From: an uncultured Candidatus Berkelbacteria bacterium
GTDB lineage: Bacteria > Patescibacteriota > UBA1384 > UBA12157 > JAENIV01
Direction of reading: 5' to 3'
Assembly (NCBI GenBank): GCA_963698075.1
Contig: OY969116.1
Span: forward strand, 189,492-253,491
Length of the DNA: 64,000 bases
Positions 18,184 through 27,195 of this stretch are shown here, in pieces. A program made the translations under genes and the position numbers. The notes beneath the pieces are model-generated. The model saw only the letters and a list, made by a program, of their open reading frames with translations. It searched no databases and was not told where the DNA came from. Positions within the stretch are counted from its first letter, which is position 1; every line of letters starts with the position of its first letter.

Positions 18184-18520
18184 TATATATCTTAAGATTC
18201 TTTAAAAATTTATCTTGTAATTTATTTTTTGGAAGCATACCTCTAATGGCGCGCCAGAGAACTTCAGCGGGATTTTTACGCATTATTTCACCCATGGTTT
18301 CAAATTTAAGATTGCCCAAGTAGCCTGAATGCCGATAGTATCGTTTATCGGTCAATTTCTTGCCAGTGACCTTAATTTTGGCGGCATTAATAATTATCAC
18401 TTTATCGCCAGAAACTTGATAAGGTCGAAATCCCGGTTTATTTTTTCCTCGAAGCAAAACCGCCGCCTCCGTGGCTAAGCGACCCAAAATTTTACCCGTG
18501 GCATCAAGTGTTTGAGTTTG
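18164..18520 (-). CDS. rplM: ribosomal protein L13
   Basis: DATGKILGRLATEAAVLLRGKNKP; start probably internal to the 143-aa ORF, which overlaps rplQ. Confidence 0.85.
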   Translation of the reverse strand, partial: QTQTLDATGKILGRLATEAAVLLRGKNKPGFRPYQVSGDKVIIINAAKIKVTGKKLTDKRYYRHSGYLGNLKFETMGEIMRKNPAEVLWRAIRGMLPKNKLQDKFLKNLKIYNGDANG

Positions 18521-18527
18521 AATCTCT

Positions 18528-18974
18528 TTACTTGGTTTGGGCTTTTTTGGCTGATTTCTCTTTGGTAGAATTTTTTGACTTTTCTTTGGGGACATTTTTG
18601 TCCTTTTTGACTGGTTCTTTTATTTCGATTGGCTCACCGGCCGCTAATTTCATTAAAACCATTTCAGCGCTATCACCGAGTCGTGGACCTAATTTATAAA
18701 CGTGAATAAAACCGCTCTTAGTTTTGGCAAATCTGGGGACTAAGACTTCAAATATCTTCTTAACGGCTTTTTTATCAAAAAAATAACCCAAAAGCTGCCT
18801 TCTAGCCGCCAGATTATTTTTTTTGGCGTAAATGATTAGTCGCTCAAGGATGGGTTTAACTTCTCGCGCCTTGGCGGCCGTGGTTTTGATTTCTTCATAT
18901 AAAACTAGGGAGGTGGCTAAATTCCTCAAAAGATTCTTTCGGTGATTATCTTTACGTGAAAGTGAATTAGGCAT
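18528..18974 (-). CDS. rplQ: ribosomal protein L17
   Basis: N-terminal RKDNHRKNLLRNLATSL; follows rpoA. Confidence 0.85.
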   Translation of the reverse strand: MPNSLSRKDNHRKNLLRNLATSLVLYEEIKTTAAKAREVKPILERLIIYAKKNNLAARRQLLGYFFDKKAVKKIFEVLVPRFAKTKSGFIHVYKLGPRLGDSAEMVLMKLAAGEPIEIKEPVKKDKNVPKEKSKNSTKEKSAKKAQTK

Positions 18975-18991
18975 TTTTGCTTAATGTAAAC

Positions 18992-19774
18992 TTATTTTTT
19001 TGCTGATTTTTTCGCGGGTTTTCTGGTTGCTTTTTTAGTCACTTTTACATGTCTAACCGGTTTTACTGGCACGGCAACTTCTTGGCACGCTTGATCAACC
19101 AAATTAAAATGTTCAACTAAAATTTTCGCCGCACTACCTAAGGCAACTTCTGGATCAACCGAACCATCAGTGGTAATTTCCATGGTCAGTTTATCAAAAT
19201 CTGTTTCTGCCCCAACGCGAGTATTTTCAATTTCATAGTGGACTTTTTTAACCGGGGTAAAAATCGAATCAACTGCAATTGTCCCAATAGGAAGTTTTTC
19301 ATCTTTCCGTTTCTCCACTGGAACATAACCCCGACCCTTGGCAACAGTGATGGCCATGGTTAATTTCCCGGTTTTGGTAAGCGTCGCCAAATACGTTTCC
19401 TTATTAACGACTTCGCAGGCGCCGCTTTCTTCAAAATCTTTGGCCGTCACTTCTTTTGGCCCGCGGGCGGATAATTTCAACGTTATTGGCTCGCTTGAAT
19501 TAAACTTGAAGCGTAGGGTTTTTAAATTTAGAATGATTTCGACGACGTCCTCTTCGACTCCCGGCAAGGTGGTAAATTGATGACTAGCGCCCTCAATGCG
19601 GCAGGAAATAATCGCCGCTCCTTCCAAAGAAGAAAGAAGCACTCGTCGAAGGGAATTTCCGACAGTTACCCCATAGCCTGGCGATAACGGTTCAATGATA
19701 AAAGTTCCTCGGTTGTTCACTTTCTCGAGAGTCTTAATTTGAATGAGACTCGTTTCTGGTAAAATATAATCCAT
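18992..19774 (-). CDS. rpoA: RNA polymerase alpha subunit (short; CTD apparently absent)
   Basis: GYGVTVGNSLRRVLLSSLEGAAI alpha NTD motif; start at MDYILPETS. Confidence 0.85.
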   Translation of the reverse strand: MDYILPETSLIQIKTLEKVNNRGTFIIEPLSPGYGVTVGNSLRRVLLSSLEGAAIISCRIEGASHQFTTLPGVEEDVVEIILNLKTLRFKFNSSEPITLKLSARGPKEVTAKDFEESGACEVVNKETYLATLTKTGKLTMAITVAKGRGYVPVEKRKDEKLPIGTIAVDSIFTPVKKVHYEIENTRVGAETDFDKLTMEITTDGSVDPEVALGSAAKILVEHFNLVDQACQEVAVPVKPVRHVKVTKKATRKPAKKSAKK

Positions 19775-19808
19775 GTTTCTCCCTATGCCACGCTCACCGT
19801 GACCGGGC

Positions 19809-19828
19809 GGCCCCGCCAAAGGCGGGGC
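19809..19828 (-). promoter_or_regulatory. GC hairpin between rpsD and rpoA (attenuator-like)
   Basis: GCCCCGCC-AAA-GGCGGGGC hairpin just upstream of the rpoA RBS GGGAGA. Confidence 0.35.
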
Positions 19829-19845
19829 TTAGCCTTTAATAATAT

Positions 19846-20433
19846 TTAGCGACTATAAAATTCTATTATTAATTGCTCATCTAAATCGGTTTCAATTTCC
19901 GTTCTAAGCGGCTCGCGTAAAACCTCGGCAGAAGTTTTTTTAACATCGAGTTTTAGCCATTTAGGCACGGTTATTTTTTGAATCTCTACGGATTTGCGAC
20001 ATTTGATGATATCTTTGGGCTTAACGCGCATCGAGGGAATATTGGTAATTTTATCGTTAATTGTAAAATGGCGGTGGCCAACAAACTGTCTGGCTTGAGC
20101 TCGAGATGACGCCCAGCCTAAGCGGTAAACAACGTTATCTAATCGTTCTTCTAATAAACGCAGCAAAACCTCCCCCGTGGCACTTTGGGAACGGGACGCC
20201 TCGCGAAAAGTTTTGGCAAATTGACGTTCGCGCAAACCATATTCTGCCTTCGCTTTTTGCTTTTCCAATAATTGCAGACCGTATTCAGATTTTCTAAGCG
20301 TCCCGGTTTTTGCTCCTTGCGAGCCAGGACGATAATTGCGACGAGTCAGGGCACATTTAGGAGAGGTGCAGCGAGCACCTTTAAGAAAAAGTTTGGTTCC
20401 ATGTTGACGGCACTGACGACAAACATCTGCCAT
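19846..20433 (-). CDS. rpsD: ribosomal protein S4
   Basis: N-terminal Cys cluster CRQCRQ...C..C and a C-terminal S4 domain. Confidence 0.9.
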   Translation of the reverse strand: MADVCRQCRQHGTKLFLKGARCTSPKCALTRRNYRPGSQGAKTGTLRKSEYGLQLLEKQKAKAEYGLRERQFAKTFREASRSQSATGEVLLRLLEERLDNVVYRLGWASSRAQARQFVGHRHFTINDKITNIPSMRVKPKDIIKCRKSVEIQKITVPKWLKLDVKKTSAEVLREPLRTEIETDLDEQLIIEFYSR

Positions 20434-20819
20434 TAGACTCTCCTTATCTTTTTTGGCCGAGTGCCATTATGGGGTATTGGGGTTATATCGCGAATACTGG
20501 TCACCCTAATTCCCTGACCACCAATCGCCCGGACGGCTGATTCTCGACCAGTGCCGACGCCGGAGACTTTGACCAACGCCTCTTTGATAGCGAATTTGCG
20601 AGCTTTTTCAAGAGCTTTACGAACCGTCATTTGAGCGGCAAAGGGGGTCGCTTTTTTTGTTCCAGCAAAACCGCTCGAACCCGCCGTCGCCCAAGAAATG
20701 GTATTACCGTTTATATCAGTAATGGTCACAATACAATTATTAAAAGAGGATTGAATATAAATCATTGCTTTAGCAACTTCTTTTAAGGTTTTTTTCTTTT
20801 TTTTGATTCGTTTAGCCAT
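20433..20819 (-). CDS. rpsK: ribosomal protein S11
   Basis: ATAGSSGFAGTKKATPFAAQ. Confidence 0.9.
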   Translation of the reverse strand: MAKRIKKKKKTLKEVAKAMIYIQSSFNNCIVTITDINGNTISWATAGSSGFAGTKKATPFAAQMTVRKALEKARKFAIKEALVKVSGVGTGRESAVRAIGGQGIRVTSIRDITPIPHNGTRPKKIRRV

Positions 20820-20828
20820 ATGATCTCT

Positions 20829-21212
20829 TTAGGTTTTTTCAGCCGCTTTCTTTCGTCCCGAACCGACAGTCACTCTTTTACCACGTTTAGTCCGAGCATT
20901 AGTTCGGGTTCTCTGGCCTCTGACTGGTAGATTACGGGTATGACGTAGCCCTCGATAAGTGTTAATTTCTTTTAAACGCTTAATATTTTGACTGATCTCC
21001 ATTCGTAAATCGCCCTCAACCTTAATTTGAGCCACAATTTCTCGGATTTTTTCGATCTCATGTTCGCTTAAATCAGCGACTTTTGTATCTACTTTGACCC
21101 CAGCCTCTTGGCAAATTTTCCGGGCCAATGGCACGCCAATGCCTTTGATATAAGCTAAGGAGTAAATTATATGTTTATTATCGGGGATATTAACCCCGGC
21201 AATTCTCGCCAT
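20829..21212 (-). CDS. rpsM: ribosomal protein S13
   Basis: [26 protein letters not shown]. Confidence 0.9.
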   Translation of the reverse strand: MARIAGVNIPDNKHIIYSLAYIKGIGVPLARKICQEAGVKVDTKVADLSEHEIEKIREIVAQIKVEGDLRMEISQNIKRLKEINTYRGLRHTRNLPVRGQRTRTNARTKRGKRVTVGSGRKKAAEKT

Positions 21213-21275
21213 AATCGTTCCTTTCAGTCATTGATATTTTCATTTGACATTTGAGTTTTGAGCTTTGACATTTTA

Positions 21276-21389
21276 TCATCCTTGTCTCTGTTTATGTTTT
21301 GGGTTAACACAAATTACCCGCACTACACCTTTGCGGCGGATAATCTTACATTTTTGACAAATTTTTTTAACTGATGGACGTACCTTCAT
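21276..21389 (-). CDS. rpmJ: ribosomal protein L36
   Basis: [37 protein letters not shown]; below the ORF-track cutoff. Confidence 0.85.
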   Translation of the reverse strand: MKVRPSVKKICQKCKIIRRKGVVRVICVNPKHKQRQG

Positions 21390-21511
21390 AATCGTCAATA
21401 GTTAATGGGTTAGGGTTAGGATGCCCGTTACGTCTAATGTCAAGCGTTGAATATCAAAAACACTAATCTTAACCGCCTCACGATACGGGCTTCGTTACCT
21501 TAACCGCTAAA

Positions 21512-21733
21512 CTAAAGTCTCCTAGTTATTCTTCCCTTGGATAAGTCGTACGGCGAAAGCTCAACTGAGACTTTGTCCCCGGGCAAAATCTTAATGTAAT
21601 TCATCCTAATTTTCCCAGAAACGTGGGCCAAAATTTCCTGCCCATTTTCCAGCCTCACACGAAAAGTAGCGTTCGGTAGAGCTTCCGTGACTTCCCCTTG
21701 TAAAACTATTTTTTCTTTATCCATACCTTGCAC
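21512..21733 (-). CDS. infA: translation initiation factor IF-1
   Basis: [49 protein letters not shown]. Confidence 0.9.
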   Translation of the reverse strand: MQGMDKEKIVLQGEVTEALPNATFRVRLENGQEILAHVSGKIRMNYIKILPGDKVSVELSPYDLSKGRITRRL

Positions 21734-21800
21734 AACTCACTTGTTACTACCATTGTTTAGTAGTGAAACTATTATTATCTTAACACAACTGAGAATTTTC

Positions 21801-21842
21801 GTCAACCCCAACACCTAAAATTAGGTGGTGGGGGTCAACCCC
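21801..21842 (+). promoter_or_regulatory. operator-like site: 16-bp palindrome flanked by GTCAACCCC direct repeats
   Basis: GTCAACCCC-AA-CACCTAAAATTAGGTG-GTGGG-GGTCAACCCC, immediately upstream of the promoter at 21867. Confidence 0.35.
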
Positions 21843-21866
21843 TTTACAAAGATTTCTGATGAGACA

Positions 21867-21894
21867 TTGCACGATCTTAATTTATCGCTATAAT
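21867..21894 (+). promoter_or_regulatory. sigma70-like promoter (TTGCAC-16-TATAAT)
   Basis: Hexamers upstream of an RBS GGGAGAGATG-like sequence. Confidence 0.4.
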
Positions 21895-21932
21895 CTATTT
21901 GTTGGACTGAAGAAGAACGGGAGAGATGACCG

Positions 21933-22373
21933 ATGGACGAGATTCACCAGTTTTACGCCGTCACCATCAGCGGCTCTCTTTATCTGGTAAGCGATAGACC
22001 TGACACCGAATCTCACGTTCCGATCGTCGAGAAAATCGTCATGATTGGCAGCAGTCGGCTTCCGGCCGGGACCAGACTAACCGGCGGCTCATTGGTTGGG
22101 ATTACCCCCGAGGGAATCCAGATGTTCAATCCGGATAAGCACAACCGCACCGCCTATACTGTTTCTACCAACTATTGGGGAGGCGGCTCTTCCCCAATCG
22201 TCGCCCTGTTCCGAGATGAGAGTGAAGCGAGGGAGTGCCTGGGCTCGTCCGACCTGAAGGCTTGGGACCCGAGGTGGCAAATGGCAACCAACCTTGTCCT
22301 CCAACTGATTGGTAGCGAGCATCCCATTTTCCGTCCTGAGCCACAACTCCTCGAGTCCACTCAATCAAGATAG
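21933..22373 (+). CDS. GC-rich hypothetical protein (146 aa)
   Basis: ORF after the promoter and RBS. GC-rich and foreign-looking relative to flanking infA and map. Confidence 0.5.
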   Translation: MDEIHQFYAVTISGSLYLVSDRPDTESHVPIVEKIVMIGSSRLPAGTRLTGGSLVGITPEGIQMFNPDKHNRTAYTVSTNYWGGGSSPIVALFRDESEARECLGSSDLKAWDPRWQMATNLVLQLIGSEHPIFRPEPQLLESTQSR

Positions 22374-22494
22374 ACTACATTCCATTCGTTGAGGGTAAGG
22401 CCTGTGCTTACCCTCTTTTCATTAATACCCCTTTGACAGAAAAATAATATTCAGATATGTTTAAAGCGATCTTGCCTAAGGAGGTGAGCGTACC

Positions 22495-24480
22495 TTGTCT
22501 AAACAAAATCGCCAAGTAACCCCAAGTGAATTCGAGGCTAAATGTACTAATCCTGGAGGAGAAGTCAGCCCAGAGGATCTGGCGAGACTTCTTCGAGAGC
22601 ATTTCCAGCTTGAGGGTGAAATTCAACATTTCTATCAGACTGATGTTTACTACGACACGACTTCATCACCAGATCTGCCGAGATTCCACCTAGGGGGGTC
22701 TGGTTTGAGTCTCCGTGTCCGCAGTTTCAGGGGTGGTGATTCGTATGAACTGACAGCTAAAAGGAATATCTCCGAGATCGGCGGCGTTTTCGTCAGAGAA
22801 GAAGTCCCGGCGATTATTCCGCTTTCTACGGATATCTCTTACCCGATTAACGACCAGAGGCCGAAGCTTCCACCACTCCTTATGATAAGAAAGTACATCA
22901 GCGGCAAGCTTTCACCTGTGGTTATGGTCGAGAATCATCGCATGGTCATCCGTGTTGAGATCGAGGGTCTCAAGATGAAGATCTGTCATGATACGGTTAC
23001 ATATCAAGATTTCCTGACGAACTTACAAGTACCAGATCACGAAATCGAGATTGAATTGCGGGGCCTAAATGCTCAACTGATGGAAGATGTTGTCAGACTT
23101 GTCAGGGAGAAATTCCCTAAACTGGTGGCTCAGCGCGAAGATAAGTATCGGCGCGCACTCGAGCTACTTTTCGGAGAACCGAAACATCGTTCACTTTCTT
23201 ACGTGCCACCGAGCTTTGAGATCGTCAGTCACGACGATATCGAAAGATGTCTTACCCAGGCACCTGAACCATATCGCCCACTGCTGGAGAAGCTCGTTCA
23301 AGATACCACAAGACGTTTAAGCTACAAGTCCCAACTCTCGGTCCTACCAATGCCAACTGATGTCAGACTGGCCCTTTGGCAGGAACGAACAATCGCCAAC
23401 CTGATTGAAGCCAACCCTTTCCTCTATTCTAGCGATCCAGTTCTGGCCGACAGCTGCTTTATCGCCGTTGATCTGCCAGAATCGCCTTTGAGATTCTTTG
23501 AGCATACTCGGGCTCAACATTCAATTGATGTTGCGACCTGGGCGATGACTTTGGCTCGCAAGTGCGGATTCGGAACAGATTCGATCGTTTATGTCGGTTG
23601 TGCTGGCTTAAGACATGACCTTGGACATCCCGCCCTTTGTCACAGTGGCGAAATCGTCGCTAAAGATGTGTGTGGGCTCGATCACGAAGAGAGAACCTTA
23701 CAACTAGTGGATGCAGATGCACCGATCCTATCTCGATACGACTTGGACATCGAGAAACTCAAAGCTATTCTCCGCGAAGAAGACATCGGTCAGATCCTGG
23801 CTTTGGCTGATACTCTTGCATATCTTATTCGAGATGGACAAGCCTGCGAGCGACCGCTTGATCCATCTGTTCCGCGAACAATTGCCGAACATTTTGATTA
23901 TGATTCATCTTCCAACGAGATTATCTTCGACGATGAGCTCATCAGTGCCCTTCAGACAATGCTTGATTTCCGCTTTGAGATGTTTCGGACTGTCTATTAC
24001 CATCCCTATTCCCGAATCGAAGAAGAAATGCAACAGAAAGCCATCAGATGGGCTCTCAGCCAAGGGGTGATAATCATCAGCGACCTTCTCGAGGGAGATG
24101 ATCCGACCCTTCTTAAGAAAATGGCTGAAATGGCAGCCAATGATCCGAAGCTCAAGCAACTGGTCGCCGGCTTTTTCCCGGATTACTGCGCTGTCTATCA
24201 CTACCGACCCCACATCACCTACAAAGGTGCCATTGACGCCGCCAGCATGGATAAAGCCTTAGTTGATGCCGGCTTTGACCCACTTGACTATATCATTAGT
24301 CTTCCAGACACGCGGGCTCATCGAAAAACCATCCGCGGGCGTCGCCTAAATGGCGAATCGGTTGAGCTAAGTGCCCGGAACGTCCGCAATTTCCATCAGT
24401 ATGACTCACAAACAATCATTGCTTTTGCTCCAACGCTTAAGCAACAAGATATCCTTCGAACTTTTCTTCACCCCCGCTAG
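22495..24480 (+). CDS. CYTH-like (triphosphate tunnel) N-terminal domain fused to a dGTPase/SAMHD1-type HD phosphohydrolase domain
   Basis: N-terminal SEFEAK (ExExK), LSLRVRS, ELTAKR and HEIEIEL (acidic C-terminal strand) follow the CYTH pattern. C-terminal RAQHSIDVA...LRHDLGHPALCH...DHEE matches the dNTP-triphosphohydrolase HD motifs. RBS GGAGG. Confidence 0.55.
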   Translation: MSKQNRQVTPSEFEAKCTNPGGEVSPEDLARLLREHFQLEGEIQHFYQTDVYYDTTSSPDLPRFHLGGSGLSLRVRSFRGGDSYELTAKRNISEIGGVFVREEVPAIIPLSTDISYPINDQRPKLPPLLMIRKYISGKLSPVVMVENHRMVIRVEIEGLKMKICHDTVTYQDFLTNLQVPDHEIEIELRGLNAQLMEDVVRLVREKFPKLVAQREDKYRRALELLFGEPKHRSLSYVPPSFEIVSHDDIERCLTQAPEPYRPLLEKLVQDTTRRLSYKSQLSVLPMPTDVRLALWQERTIANLIEANPFLYSSDPVLADSCFIAVDLPESPLRFFEHTRAQHSIDVATWAMTLARKCGFGTDSIVYVGCAGLRHDLGHPALCHSGEIVAKDVCGLDHEERTLQLVDADAPILSRYDLDIEKLKAILREEDIGQILALADTLAYLIRDGQACERPLDPSVPRTIAEHFDYDSSSNEIIFDDELISALQTMLDFRFEMFRTVYYHPYSRIEEEMQQKAIRWALSQGVIIISDLLEGDDPTLLKKMAEMAANDPKLKQLVAGFFPDYCAVYHYRPHITYKGAIDAASMDKALVDAGFDPLDYIISLPDTRAHRKTIRGRRLNGESVELSARNVRNFHQYDSQTIIAFAPTLKQQDILRTFLHPR

Positions 24481-24497
24481 CCGGGGGTTTCGTGTAT

Positions 24498-25247
24498 TTA
24501 TGAGATCTTAGTTAATATCTCAAAACCGTCGCTGGTTACAGCTACCGTATGCTCGAAATGCGCCGCCAGCGAACCATCTAAAGTCGCCACGGTCCAGCCG
24601 TCATTTAAAATTTTAACATGCCAATCGCCGGCGGCAACCATTGGTTCAAACGCTAAAACCATGCCAACTTTCAGAACCGGGCCAGCGCCCTCTCTGCCAA
24701 AATTGGGAATCGAGGGGTTTTCTTGAAGCTCTTGGCCGATGCCATGACCTGCCAGATCGCGAATGGCGCTATAACCGGCGCCTTCAATAATTTTTTGAAT
24801 CCGATGACAAACATCACCTAAATGGATTCCCGGTTTGATAATATCTAATCCTTCATCTAATGATTTCTTGGTAATTCTCAAAAGTTCTTTCTTTGGATAA
24901 TCGATCCGGCCCACCGGAACGGTTAAAGCAGTGTCGGTATGAAAACCCTTATATAAAATTCCCATGTCGATTCCCACCAAATCATTCTCGCGCAAAATTC
25001 GACCCGACGGGATACCGTGAACGACTTCAGAATTGACTGAGGTACAAATCGAAGCTGGGAATCCTTCATGACCCAAAAATGAGGCCTGAGCGCCACTATT
25101 TTTGATTTCTTTCGCCGCCAGAATATCCAATTCTTTGGTCGTCATTCCTGCCTTAACATTTTGAGCCACTAGATTTAAAATTCGGGCGGCAATTCGGCCT
25201 CCCTCCCGCATAATTTCGATTTCTTTTCCGGTTTTAATCGTAATCAT
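24498..25247 (-). CDS. map: methionine aminopeptidase type I
   Basis: Pita-bread fold metal-ligand pattern (D...D...H...E...E), e.g. FHTDTALTV and HGIGQELQE. Confidence 0.9.
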   Translation of the reverse strand: MITIKTGKEIEIMREGGRIAARILNLVAQNVKAGMTTKELDILAAKEIKNSGAQASFLGHEGFPASICTSVNSEVVHGIPSGRILRENDLVGIDMGILYKGFHTDTALTVPVGRIDYPKKELLRITKKSLDEGLDIIKPGIHLGDVCHRIQKIIEGAGYSAIRDLAGHGIGQELQENPSIPNFGREGAGPVLKVGMVLAFEPMVAAGDWHVKILNDGWTVATLDGSLAAHFEHTVAVTSDGFEILTKIS

Positions 25248-25291
25248 CTAGCAACTTTCAAAGACCACTCAATTAAGTTATAATTACCTTA

Positions 25292-27076
25292 ATGATAACG
25301 AAACAAGAAGAAAAATTCAATCACGTTACTGCTTCAGAAATATTTAATTTGCTGAATGGCATTCGCTGTGACAAAAAAACATTTCTGCCATTAGCTCTTT
25401 CTAATATTGAAGAGTTAAAGGATTTCTTTAAAGACGATAAAGATAAAAGTACTAACAATTATTTACTTGCTAATTATTCTCCAGGTGAAAAAATAGTAGA
25501 GTCAGGCAAGATAGAGGATAATTATTTAAAATCTCATAAAAACTTTTCTTATGCCGAGGTCCCACTTGGTTTTATAGTTAAGGGCGATGTAATAGTAAGT
25601 AAAGGTGGCAAGGCAACAAAAAGGTTATCACAGGGTGATTTTATCGGCTTGTTTGAAACGAGCGACTGGATTTTAACAGGCAAAAAGCGTGAAATTGGCG
25701 AATGGAGTTTAACTAATGATTCTCCGACTAAATTGATTTATTTTGGAGCTACAAGTTTGCAAGGTGATGATACTAATCACAGAAAACTCAAAAATTATTT
25801 GGTTGATATTGCGAAGAAAGATTATGTGCCTCAACCAATAACAACCCTCCCTCTTTTAGATTGGGTTGCTAACCATACAACTAAATCACGCTTAAACGAT
25901 TATGCAATAATTGCTCATACCCATCTATTACCAAACAATTTCCCTTTCTTTCGACAATTATCTTACCTCGTGAGCTTTAATAGAATGTTTGTTTTAGAAA
26001 AGCCATATTCAACAGTCAAAAGAACTTTCAACGATCTTGTGCAATCAGGCTGCGAAGTTATCCCAGTCAATATGGAACCAGGTTTTCCTTATGAATATTC
26101 AATTAAAAAGAGCTTGGATATACTCTGGGCAAAGGTTGTCGAAGAACAAAAGAAAACTGGTTTTAAGAAACTTCTAATTATTGATGACGGCGGTGATTTA
26201 TGGCTTTCTATTCCTTGGAATGATTTGGAAGGAGTTTCAATTGCTGGAGCTGAACAAACTCAACGCGGTATAACTCGTATAAAGAATAGCAATCATCATC
26301 TCCCTCCTATTATTAGTGTTGCGTCGAGCGGTGTTAAAAAGATTGTAGAGTCCATTTTCATCGGCAGATCAGTAGTTAACAAACTTAAGGAATTAAGGAT
26401 CCTTAACCAGTCGAGAAGAATTGGAATTATGGGTATGGGAAGTATTGGTCAAGCTGCGACTCAAAGACTAAATGAATTAGGCTATAAGCCATTATTTTAT
26501 GATTATGATTACAAGAAAGACAGTGAAATGTCCAACTATCGTTCATCGATCGATGTGTTACTTAATCAGTCGGATATAATTATTGGCACTACAGGTAACG
26601 ATTCGCTAAAAGGTATCCCATTCGAAAGAGTTCGCGGCCGAAAAATATTAACAAGTGCTTCATCTGCAGATGTAGAGTTCGCCTGCTTGTTGAAAATTGC
26701 CGAATCTACAGCTTCTCCGTTTGGAACACGCTATGTAAAGATAAACGATAACTTAAGTTTTGATATCTTAAATGGTGGTTATCCTATTAACTTTGACCGC
26801 CAAGGGAATGCTACACCAAGCGAAGACATCGTCTTAACTAGATGTCTGATGTATACTGGTGCAATGCAATCATCTAAGTTAATAGAAAGTGGCGTTCAAG
26901 AAGGAGCAATCTACAACCTTGATATTATTACTCAACAAAAACTTTTAGAAAAATGGATTGAAGACAAAAATAAGACGGGTCATAGTCCCGATATCAAAGA
27001 GGATGAAATAGATAACATCATCAAGCACTCAAACATTGAAGAATTTAAGAATATGGAAAGCGTCTGGGAAGACTAA
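25292..27076 (+). CDS. cyclic-nucleotide-binding-like domain fused to an S-adenosylhomocysteine hydrolase (AdoHcyase)-like domain
   Basis: Residues about 70-160, GEKIVESGKIED...GDVIVSKGG...GDFIGLFE, are a cNMP-binding beta-barrel pattern. The middle and C-terminus, LLIIDDGGDLW, IGIMGMGSIGQAA, IIIGTTGNDS and ILTSASSADVE, are collinear with the AdoHcyase DDGGD, GxGxxG, TTG and GHFD segments. The GHFD His is replaced. Confidence 0.5.
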   Translation: MITKQEEKFNHVTASEIFNLLNGIRCDKKTFLPLALSNIEELKDFFKDDKDKSTNNYLLANYSPGEKIVESGKIEDNYLKSHKNFSYAEVPLGFIVKGDVIVSKGGKATKRLSQGDFIGLFETSDWILTGKKREIGEWSLTNDSPTKLIYFGATSLQGDDTNHRKLKNYLVDIAKKDYVPQPITTLPLLDWVANHTTKSRLNDYAIIAHTHLLPNNFPFFRQLSYLVSFNRMFVLEKPYSTVKRTFNDLVQSGCEVIPVNMEPGFPYEYSIKKSLDILWAKVVEEQKKTGFKKLLIIDDGGDLWLSIPWNDLEGVSIAGAEQTQRGITRIKNSNHHLPPIISVASSGVKKIVESIFIGRSVVNKLKELRILNQSRRIGIMGMGSIGQAATQRLNELGYKPLFYDYDYKKDSEMSNYRSSIDVLLNQSDIIIGTTGNDSLKGIPFERVRGRKILTSASSADVEFACLLKIAESTASPFGTRYVKINDNLSFDILNGGYPINFDRQGNATPSEDIVLTRCLMYTGAMQSSKLIESGVQEGAIYNLDIITQQKLLEKWIEDKNKTGHSPDIKEDEIDNIIKHSNIEEFKNMESVWED

Positions 27077-27120
27077 AAACTACCTAAATGTTACCTTTCG
27101 AACCACACAGTTAGAAAAAT

Positions 27121-27153
27121 AAAAAACGGCATGCCACTTGCCGCTTTTTTTTG
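27121..27153. terminator. bidirectional rho-independent terminator
   Basis: AAAAAA-CGGCA-TGCCACT-TGCCG-CTTTTTTTT, between convergent genes. Confidence 0.75.
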
Positions 27154-27195
27154 AATTTAAGCTCCCCGAAAGCGAAGGATAACCCAAGGTCAATA

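Noticed and set aside
22089-22373. Several minus-strand ORFs (22089..22364, 22165..22368, 22172..22360)
   Set aside because: Typical GC-rich shadow ORFs antisense to the 21933..22373 gene.
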